The notes beneath the pieces were generated by a model, which made no database searches, was not told where the DNA came from, and saw only the letters and a program-made list of their open reading frames with translations. Source: an uncultured Myxococcales bacterium (lineage in GTDB: Bacteria; Myxococcota_A; UBA9042; CAIXZC01). Taken from it: a stretch of DNA of 38,322 nt. Below, piece by piece: positions 18,834-26,367 of the stretch. A program made the translations under genes and the position numbers. Where the stretch lies: the NCBI GenBank assembly GCA_964565265.1, contig CAZMEC010000006.1:1-38322 (forward strand), read 5' to 3'. Every line of letters begins with the position of its first letter. Position 1 is the first letter of the stretch.

Positions 18834-20162
18834 ATGTTGCTTCGCCGCCTTCCATTTCTGCTGCTGCTTATCTGGCTTCTGGCCTGGTCCCTTCGGCTGG
18901 CCCTCACGGCGGACCTCAACCACGACGATCTCGAACACCTCCACAGTGCCTGGCTGATGGATCAGGGGTTGATGCCCTATCTGGATTTCTTCCAGAAGCA
19001 GGGGCCGCTGCTTTGGGGGGGACTGGGGGGGCTGTTCGCGCTGCCCATGGCCAGCGCCGGGGGCGTGCTGCTGCTGGCCCGGGTGGCCACCTGGTTGATG
19101 CTGCTGGCCTCCTGCCTGGCGCTCTACAGGATCGGGCTGGACGCCACCCACTCGCGCCGCCTGGCCTTCCTGGCTCCGGCGCTGCTGCTGGCCTCCTCCA
19201 AGCTGGTCTACAACCTGGTGGTCCTGCGGCCCGACTCCTTCATGCTGCCTCTGTGGCTCTGGTCCCTGTACTTTGGCCTGTTGGCCTTGAAGGCCCCCCG
19301 GCGGCGCCTGTTGCTGGCCTCCGGGTTTTTGGGGGGGCTGGCAGGGGTGGTGCTGATCAAGGCCCTGCCCTTCGTCCTCCTGTGCGGCCTGGCCCTGATG
19401 GTCGTCCCTGGATCCACCTGGTGCCGCCTGCGCCGCGGTCTCTTCTTCGGGGGCGCGGCCCTGGTGCCCCTGCTGGCCTTCGCCGCCTTTCTGGCCTCCC
19501 GGGGCCTGTTGGCTGGCTTCTGGTTCACCAACCTGGAGTTCAACAGCTTCCTGTATACCTCGGCCACGCCCTTTGACCCGCCGCCCCTCGAGACCCTCAC
19601 AGCCATCCTCACAGGGCTCCTGGAATCCGAGCCCTGGGTGCCCGGGCTGCTGCTGGCAGCCCCCCTGCTGGTCTGGCTTCGAGGTCCCAAACGAACCCAC
19701 CGGGGCGAGTGGCTGCTCCTTGCCCAGGCGGCCCTGGGCCTGTTGCTGCTGATCCCTAACCGGCTTCCGTTCTACACCTATCTTCTACCCAGCCTCCTGG
19801 CCCTGCTGGCCATCCTGCCGTGCTTCCTGCAGGAACTTGGCAAACGCCTGGAGCCCTACCGGCTGACCCTGCAAGGGCCCCGGCTGAACCGCAAACTGGC
19901 CCTGGCCCACCTGCTGGCCCTGGCCCTGGCCCTTCCCGTGCTGCACCTGGCCTACCAGTCAAGCCTCGACTTCCCCAACAACCAGGCCCAACTCCAAGCC
20001 CTCCTTCAGACCCCCCTCTCCCCCGCGCCGCCCCTCCCCGCAAGCCCCTTTCTACCCCAGGCCAGCGGTTACCTCTGGGACAACCAGGACCGCTACCTCC
20101 ACGCCCTCAAAGAACTGGACGCCAAGAACCAACTGCCCCAGTGGTTGAAGGAAAAGTTCTAG
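18834..20162 (+). CDS. GT-C fold (ArnT/PMT-like) membrane glycosyltransferase
   Basis: First loop HDDLEHLHSAW..GLMPYLDFFQKQGPL, LRPD, many TM helices. Confidence 0.65.
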   Translation: MLLRRLPFLLLLIWLLAWSLRLALTADLNHDDLEHLHSAWLMDQGLMPYLDFFQKQGPLLWGGLGGLFALPMASAGGVLLLARVATWLMLLASCLALYRIGLDATHSRRLAFLAPALLLASSKLVYNLVVLRPDSFMLPLWLWSLYFGLLALKAPRRRLLLASGFLGGLAGVVLIKALPFVLLCGLALMVVPGSTWCRLRRGLFFGGAALVPLLAFAAFLASRGLLAGFWFTNLEFNSFLYTSATPFDPPPLETLTAILTGLLESEPWVPGLLLAAPLLVWLRGPKRTHRGEWLLLAQAALGLLLLIPNRLPFYTYLLPSLLALLAILPCFLQELGKRLEPYRLTLQGPRLNRKLALAHLLALALALPVLHLAYQSSLDFPNNQAQLQALLQTPLSPAPPLPASPFLPQASGYLWDNQDRYLHALKELDAKNQLPQWLKEKF

Positions 20163-20574
20163 GAACACCACTCCGCTTACTTCGTGCGCGGCTGGGAAGA
20201 ACAACCCCCTCCCTGGCGGTCGGGGTTCGGACAGGCTGAGTGTAATGTGTAAGGTCCTGACCCCAAGGTCACCAAGGCGGCGGGCCGGGGCGAGGGGTGG
20301 CGCTTCGAAGGCAGCCTCCGCACGCCGCTTACCTCTCAAAAGGGGGGCGTGGAGCGGCGTGCGGCGGCTAGGCGGATAGGGGGGAACAATCCCCCCGGCC
20401 GCCGGCTCTCCGAGGCGCCACCCCCGCCACGGCCCCTGGGAAAAGCGGGGGACAACGGCGGCGGCAAGGGCCCGGTTGCCCCAGTGGTTGAAGGAAAAGT
20501 TGTAGGAACACCACTCCGCTTACTTCGTGCGCGGCTGGGAAGGACAACCCCCTCCCTGGCGGTCGGGGTTCGGA
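20134..20574 (+). repeat. 98-bp direct duplication (20134-20231 and 20477-20574) bracketing a 245-bp insert
   Basis: 96/98 identical; includes the last codons and stop of the upstream gene. Confidence 0.92.
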
Positions 20575-20609
20575 AACGACAACCCCCTCTTTGGCGGTCG
20601 GGGTTCGGA
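20202..20609 (+). repeat. 30-bp REP-like element, three copies (20202-20231, 20545-20574, 20580-20609)
   Basis: CAACCCCCTC(CC/TT)TGGCGGTCGGGGTTCGGA; imperfect hairpin closed by AACCCC/GGGGTT. Confidence 0.85.
20282..20445 (+). repeat. 164-bp structured dispersed repeat, copy 2
   Basis: Same length and orientation as 149-312, with the stems conserved. Confidence 0.9.
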
Positions 20610-20619
20610 TTGGTGGGAT

Positions 20620-20874
20620 TTACTTGAAGACTTGGTCCTTGGAGGATTCCATGAGGGCGGGCATGAAGCTCTTCTTGAGGCTGAGGAGCCGGTCGAACTT
20701 CACCTTCTGGCGTGCGTCGGTGTAGAGGGCAGTGGGCTTCTTGATTTCACCGTCGATGAGCATCTCACCGAAGTCGTAGAACTTGGACTTCACCTTGTCG
20801 GCCGCCTGGGCAGAACCAGCGCCAATCCCAAGACCAAAGGCCAAGAGCACAGCCGCGAATACCAGTCTCTTCAT
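20620..20874 (-). CDS. gltF: GltF/CglF-like small exported protein
   Basis: 84 aa, signal peptide, YDFGEMLIDGEIKKP..ARQKVKFDRLLSLKKSF resembling CglF; RBS GGAGGTG; directly follows the GltE-like gene. Confidence 0.7.
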   Translation of the reverse strand: MKRLVFAAVLLAFGLGIGAGSAQAADKVKSKFYDFGEMLIDGEIKKPTALYTDARQKVKFDRLLSLKKSFMPALMESSKDQVFK

Positions 20875-20947
20875 CTGACACCTCCTGCAACCAACCGCAG
20901 GTAACCTGCGGCAGATATTGCTACAAACCCCCGGGGGTTACAAGTCT

Positions 20948-22915
20948 TCACTTCACCTCGGCCGCAGCGGCGGGCTCGGCCTTCTTCTCTTCGGCCTTGG
21001 GGGCCGCAGGCTCGGCCTTCTTCTCTTCGGCCTTGGGCTCGGCGGCGGGCTCGGCCTTCTTCTCTTCGGCCTTGGGCTCGGCGACGGGCTCGGCCTTCTT
21101 CTCTTCGGCCTTGGGCGCGGCGACGGGCTCGGCCTTCTTCTCTTCGGCCTTGGGCTCGGCGGCAGCCGCAGGGGCTTCGGCGCCTTCGGTCTTCTGGACC
21201 TTTTCAATCTTCAGGGCCGCGCCCGCCTCGTCAATGGCAGGGTTCACGGTCTCAAAGAGCTTCTTGGCCAAGGCCTCGGCGTCTTCCATCATGTCCATCT
21301 GGATGTTCTCGCGGATCTCGCGCATGGCGGGGTCCACCACGGACAACTTCTTGAGCAACTCGTCGGCCTTCTTCACAAAGGCCCGGTCTTCAGCGGTGGC
21401 CTTCTTGTTGGCCTTGATGGCATCCTTCTTCTCCTGCAGCAGGCGCGTGTACTGACCGGCCTTGGACTCCAGGGTCTTGAAGTTGCTTTCCATTTCCTTG
21501 ATGCGGACCGCCTGCTCTTCCATGGCCTTCTTGGCGGCGGCTTCTTCCACCTTCATCTGCTCTTCCATCTTGCGCATCTGCTCTTGCATCTTGCGCGTCT
21601 GCTCAATGGACTTCTGGGCCTCAGTCACATCCAGGCCCAGGCCCGTGGCGACCTTGACATACTCCTCGTAGGCCTCCACGGCCTTGTCGAAGTCCGACAG
21701 CCGAAGCTGGTAGGTGCGCCCGATGCGCAGCAGCAGTTCGACATTCTCGGGGGAGACCGCCACGGCCTTGCGGTAGAACTTGAAGCCCTCTTCGTAGTCC
21801 TGCAGGCCGATGGAGGCGCTGCCGATGCCGATGGTAGCTTCCACATTACCGGGGCGGGCGTTCAGGACATACTCGTACTGAGCCCGGGAGGCCTCGTAGT
21901 TGAGGTATTCCAGGTAGATGGCCGCCAGATTCATGCGGGCCGTCAGGTTGTCCTGGTTCAGCTTCAAGGCCACATTGAAGTGGAACACGGCCTTGGGGGT
22001 GTCGCCCAACTTCAGGTAGGCCAGGCCCAGGTTGTTGTGGGCCTCGGTGGAGGCGGCATCCAGCTTCAGCACCTTGTTCTCAAAGATCCACCGGGCCAGG
22101 CTGGCCTCGCCCCGGGCCAGGTAGATGAGGCCGCGGGTGTTGAGGGCGATGACATTGGTGGGCTGGAGCGTGAGCACATTCTTGATGAACTCCTCGCCGC
22201 GGTTCAGGTATTCCTGGTGCTTGGCCTCATCCTTCTCGCGCTCGGCCTTCAGCAGCCAATAGAGGGCCACGGCGTTGTTGGCCTCCACATTGTCGGTGTC
22301 CTTCATCAGGACCAGATCCAGCAGAGACTTGGCGTCGGCCATCAGCTTGGCGCCTTCGTCCTCGCTGCCCAACTCAAAGGCCTCCTTGGCCTTGGCCAGG
22401 TACACCTTGCCGATGTAGGACTTGGCGGCCCCGGAGTCGGGGTTGGCCGCAAGGGCACTCTGGTAGACCTTGATGGCCTCTTCCCGCTGGCCCGTGCGCT
22501 CGTAGATCATGCCCAGGTTGAAGTAGGCCTCCAGGAAGTTCTTGTCCAGGACGATGGCCTGCTCAAAGGACTGTCTGGCCAGCTCGTAGTCCATGGTGGA
22601 GTAGAGCGCGATGACGCCATCCCGGAACTTCTTCTGGGCCTCAACCTCAACACCAGGCACGAACTCGAGTTCCTGCACCACGACCTCGCGCTTTTGCAGG
22701 GAGCGAGCCAGATCATCTTTCAGCATCTGCTCTTTCTCGTCCTGCTTGCGCTGCTGCTCCAGGCGGGCCATCTCCTCAGGGGAGGGTCCCATGGGCTTCT
22801 TTTCCTGAACCGTGGCGGAGGGCCCGCAGGCCCCGAGGCCCAAGGAGAGGGCCACCACGGAGGCGATTACTGAACTATTTTTGGTGATATTGGCAAACAC
22901 GGCAGTCCCCCTCAC
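20948..22915 (-). CDS. gltE: GltE/AglT-like TPR lipoprotein with C-terminal extension
   Basis: Lipobox LGAC, many TPRs (EAYFNLGMIYE, EAHNNLGLAYL), GTGA overlap with the upstream gene. Confidence 0.7.
   Translation of the reverse strand: MRGTAVFANITKNSSVIASVVALSLGLGACGPSATVQEKKPMGPSPEEMARLEQQRKQDEKEQMLKDDLARSLQKREVVVQELEFVPGVEVEAQKKFRDGVIALYSTMDYELARQSFEQAIVLDKNFLEAYFNLGMIYERTGQREEAIKVYQSALAANPDSGAAKSYIGKVYLAKAKEAFELGSEDEGAKLMADAKSLLDLVLMKDTDNVEANNAVALYWLLKAEREKDEAKHQEYLNRGEEFIKNVLTLQPTNVIALNTRGLIYLARGEASLARWIFENKVLKLDAASTEAHNNLGLAYLKLGDTPKAVFHFNVALKLNQDNLTARMNLAAIYLEYLNYEASRAQYEYVLNARPGNVEATIGIGSASIGLQDYEEGFKFYRKAVAVSPENVELLLRIGRTYQLRLSDFDKAVEAYEEYVKVATGLGLDVTEAQKSIEQTRKMQEQMRKMEEQMKVEEAAAKKAMEEQAVRIKEMESNFKTLESKAGQYTRLLQEKKDAIKANKKATAEDRAFVKKADELLKKLSVVDPAMREIRENIQMDMMEDAEALAKKLFETVNPAIDEAGAALKIEKVQKTEGAEAPAAAAEPKAEEKKAEPVAAPKAEEKKAEPVAEPKAEEKKAEPAAEPKAEEKKAEPAAPKAEEKKAEPAAAAEVK
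20967..21163 (-). repeat. Intragenic 39-bp tandem repeat (PKAEEKKAEPxAx), about 5 copies
   Basis: GGCTCGGCCTTCTTCTCTTCGGCCTTGG recurs five times. Confidence 0.92.
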
Positions 22916-25900
22916 TTGCTTTCCTTGGTTTCGGCCTTGGTCTCGGTGGCCTCGGCGTCGTCGCTTTGTTCCTTGAGCTCGTCGGTCTCGGCGGGCTTGG
23001 CCTCTTCCTTGCCCTTGCTGCCGGCGAAGGAGACGAAGTCAACCTCGGTGTCGCCGCGGCGCAGGCTGCGGATGAAGCTGGTGCTGGTGAGGGTGTCCCG
23101 GATCTTGTCCGCGTGAACCAGGGGCTCTTCGGAGACCGGGAAGTCCTGCGGCGTCACCTTGGCGGCCATGGTGCCAGACTTCCGTGACCATTCGCTGTAC
23201 ACGCCCATCTTGTGGGCCATCTGAATGGCTTCTTTGAAGTTCGCCCGGGCCTTCTCTTCCACGGGCGCGGCGAAGTCTTCGAGGGAGGTCTTGTATTCGT
23301 CAATCTCGTCCTCGCTGAGGCCCTCGGGCAGCGGCACCGCGTACAAGGTCTCGGCGAACTCGTAGTACAGCAGACCAATCTTGTAGTAGGCCGCGGCGGC
23401 CCAGGTCCGGGACTTGTAGTTGATCACCATGGCGAAGGAGGCCTCGGCCTTCTGGTGCCGCTTGGCCTTGCCTTCCAGGGAGTCCGACAGAGCGTAGAGG
23501 TTCCGGGTGTCAAGCTTGAAGGCCACATAGTCGGCGTAGTCGTACTCGGCCTGGTAGAAGGCGGCCTGGGCGGCAAAGACCCTGGTGGGGGCCTTGCGGC
23601 TGGTGTCGCCGGACTTGTCGTAGACCGTCAGGATGGTCTTGCAGTGGGCCAGGACCTTGGTGCGGTTCACATCCCTGTCCTTGGTGAACAGCACCTCGGC
23701 GGCGCGGGCATTGGCCTCCATGACCACATTGCCGTTCTTGGAGAACTTCTTGGCTGTGTCCGTGTACTGGGCGTAGGCCGCATCCAGATCGCCCTTGTCC
23801 TGCTGCAGCCGGCCAATCTTCAAGAGGGCCGAGGACACGCGGGTGTCGTTGGGGAAGCTCTTGTTGAAGGTCTTGAGGGCGTCAATGGCCTTGTCGTGAT
23901 CCTTCAGGGCCTCGTACAGCGTGGCGGCGTTGATGATGGCGCCGGCGACCCGGGGTTCGCCCTTGAACTTGTTCATGGCCATGAAGGCCTCAGCGGCCTT
24001 TTCAAACTGGGTCTGGGACTCGTAGATCTGGCCAATCACATACTGGGCCTCCACGGCCTTGGGGCTCTTGGGGTACTTCTTGATGAGGTCTTCGTAGTTC
24101 TCGATGGCCTTCCGCAGTTCCTTGTTCTTCGCGTAGAGGTAGGCCATGGTGTAGGTCGTGTACGCCATGATCTCTTTGTTCTTCGCGAACTCGCGGCGCA
24201 GCTTGCTCAGGGTCTCCAGGGAGGCCGTGGTCTTGCCCTCGGTCTCCTGGTCCTGGGCCTTGCGGGTCATGGCCGTGGCGACGATGAGTTCCAGGTCGGC
24301 CTTGCTCTTGAAGAGGAAGTTCTTGGTGGCGATGAGGGTCCGGGCCCACTCTTCCACCTTGTCCCAGTTACCCACGCGGTAGTAGCAGTCCATGATCATC
24401 GTCGCGGCGATGGCGGCGAAGCGGTGCTTCTCGTCATAGCGGAAGATGTTCTGGAAGCGCTCGACGGCCTCCTGGAACATGCCGTGCTTGTAGAAGGTCT
24501 CGGCGGCGATGTACATGATGTTGGGGATCATCTCGCCCTTGGCCGGGTACTTCTTGACGAAGTCCGGGTCCTCGCGGGCCTTCAGCAGCAACTGGGTGTA
24601 CTTGTCGGCGGCGCTGATGAAGTCCTGCTCCAGGGGGTGCAGGTCGGTGCGCTGGATCTCCATGGCCTCCTCGCGCATATCCTCGGCCTTCACCTGCTTG
24701 ACCTGGACCTCGCCCTTGTCGGCGCGGCTTCGCAGGCCTTCGACCACCATCAACTGCTCGTTGCAGTAGATGACGCCCAGGGCCGCGTCCTCCAGGAACT
24801 TGCCCTTGAGATCCTTCTGGATCACGAGCTTGTACTGTTCGGCTGCCTTCTTGAAATCCTTGAGGTTGAAGTAAAGGATTTCTGCGTACCAGAAGCTGAC
24901 CTCGTAGGAGCGGTTGCTGTTGGGGAAGCGCTCCAGGTAGATGGCGTAGTACTTGGCAGCGTTGACATACAGAGGCCCGGCCACCTCGGTCTTGCCGGCC
25001 TTCTCCTGCTTGTCACCCTCCACATGGTAGTAGTTGGCGACGAAGAAGATGGCCTCTTCCGTCATGTTGGCGGCGGTGTCCAGGATCTCCGGGTCGTTCT
25101 TGTTGGCGTTGGCCCAGTTCGACCCTTCGATGAAGAAGGCCATGATCTCGTTGACCACGCGCTCGGTCTCGTCCCAGTTGGGGGACTTCTGGGAGATGTC
25201 CAGGATGACCTGGTAGTACTCCGTGACGCGGCGGGACAGGGGGAAGGTCTCGATGAGGTGGTAGTACACCGCCAAGGCTTCTTCCTGCTTGTCCTGGCCC
25301 ACATAGAGTTCGGCCATCTTGTGCAGCTTCACATAGGCGCCGTCCTTGCCGATCTCCTTGGTGAAGTACTCGAGGGCCAGCTTCCAGCCGTCGTCCACTT
25401 CGGTGTAGACCAGCACCAGGTCGTTCAGAGCCTGGTCACGGAAGGACATCTTGGCCTGCTCGGAGGACTCGGACTTGATGGCCTCGATGACCTTGTGGAA
25501 GGTGTCCACGGACTTCTCGAACTCGGACAGGTTGTAGTACACCCACGCCAACTTGTAGAGGGCGTAGTTGTACATGCTGGCCGTGGGATAGTTGTTGATG
25601 ATGGTCTCGTACTTCGTCTTGGCGTAGTACAGGGACCGGTTCTCGAAGTAGTACTCGGCCTGATGCAGCAGGGACTGGGGAATGAGCCGACTGCTGGGAT
25701 AGCCCTGGATCAGGTTGTCGAAGTGCTTGATGCCCTCGCGCTGAAGCTGGATATCCTTGTTGGTGCGACCCACCTCGAGGGCGCCGCGGCCCAGGAAGTA
25801 CAACACTTCGTCAATGCGCTGGTAGTCGGGGTATTCGCGGAGGATCTTCCGGTAGTACTCCAGGGAGGTGCCGTAGTCGCCCACGGGCTCGCGGGGGCGC

Positions 25901-26367
25901 TCGGTCAGGAGGCCGGCGTCGAACTTGTCCAGGGCGTCCAGCCAGGTCTTGCGGGCGTTCAGGTACTGGAAGTGGTTCTCTTCCCAGTAGGATTCGGCCA
26001 GCCGGAAGTACACATCGGCCTTGCGATCGTACCGCGGATTGGTGGCCAGCAGGTCCTCCATCTGGCGGATGTTCTGCTTGCGGAGGTCAGACTTGCGGGC
26101 CTGCATCTCCTCGAACTTCTTGTCAATGGCCGCCACTTCGAAGTCCGACAGGGTCATGGCTGCCTTGACGCAGATGCCCTTCACGGAGTCGCAGATCTGA
26201 CCCTGGGGACAGTCCCCATCGGCCTCGCACTTGATGTCCTTGGATTCGACATCCTTCGTCTTGATCTTGGTGATCTCACGCTTGGCGCGGGACCGCTCGC
26301 CCATTCCCTGGGCAAAGGCCGGCGCCGAAAGCAGAACCATCAACAACGCAAGCAGGGCATTCCTCAT
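22912..26367 (-). CDS. gltD: GltD/AgmU-like large TPR periplasmic protein
   Basis: Signal peptide from ATG 26367 (ATGA overlap with the upstream stop); ADVYFRLAESYWEE, YALYKLAWVYYN, PLPEGLSEDEIDEYK..PVEEKA, YSEWS. Confidence 0.75.
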   Translation of the reverse strand: MRNALLALLMVLLSAPAFAQGMGERSRAKREITKIKTKDVESKDIKCEADGDCPQGQICDSVKGICVKAAMTLSDFEVAAIDKKFEEMQARKSDLRKQNIRQMEDLLATNPRYDRKADVYFRLAESYWEENHFQYLNARKTWLDALDKFDAGLLTERPREPVGDYGTSLEYYRKILREYPDYQRIDEVLYFLGRGALEVGRTNKDIQLQREGIKHFDNLIQGYPSSRLIPQSLLHQAEYYFENRSLYYAKTKYETIINNYPTASMYNYALYKLAWVYYNLSEFEKSVDTFHKVIEAIKSESSEQAKMSFRDQALNDLVLVYTEVDDGWKLALEYFTKEIGKDGAYVKLHKMAELYVGQDKQEEALAVYYHLIETFPLSRRVTEYYQVILDISQKSPNWDETERVVNEIMAFFIEGSNWANANKNDPEILDTAANMTEEAIFFVANYYHVEGDKQEKAGKTEVAGPLYVNAAKYYAIYLERFPNSNRSYEVSFWYAEILYFNLKDFKKAAEQYKLVIQKDLKGKFLEDAALGVIYCNEQLMVVEGLRSRADKGEVQVKQVKAEDMREEAMEIQRTDLHPLEQDFISAADKYTQLLLKAREDPDFVKKYPAKGEMIPNIMYIAAETFYKHGMFQEAVERFQNIFRYDEKHRFAAIAATMIMDCYYRVGNWDKVEEWARTLIATKNFLFKSKADLELIVATAMTRKAQDQETEGKTTASLETLSKLRREFAKNKEIMAYTTYTMAYLYAKNKELRKAIENYEDLIKKYPKSPKAVEAQYVIGQIYESQTQFEKAAEAFMAMNKFKGEPRVAGAIINAATLYEALKDHDKAIDALKTFNKSFPNDTRVSSALLKIGRLQQDKGDLDAAYAQYTDTAKKFSKNGNVVMEANARAAEVLFTKDRDVNRTKVLAHCKTILTVYDKSGDTSRKAPTRVFAAQAAFYQAEYDYADYVAFKLDTRNLYALSDSLEGKAKRHQKAEASFAMVINYKSRTWAAAAYYKIGLLYYEFAETLYAVPLPEGLSEDEIDEYKTSLEDFAAPVEEKARANFKEAIQMAHKMGVYSEWSRKSGTMAAKVTPQDFPVSEEPLVHADKIRDTLTSTSFIRSLRRGDTEVDFVSFAGSKGKEEAKPAETDELKEQSDDAEATETKAETKESK

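Noticed and set aside
20134-20609. Possible CRISPR array from the recurring 30-mer
   Set aside because: Spacing is irregular (343 and 35 bp), there are no unique equal-length spacers, no cas genes, and a lone inverted copy lies 13 kb away
20967-21163. Regular 39-bp repeats as a CRISPR or non-coding array
   Set aside because: In-frame coding repeats with no spacers
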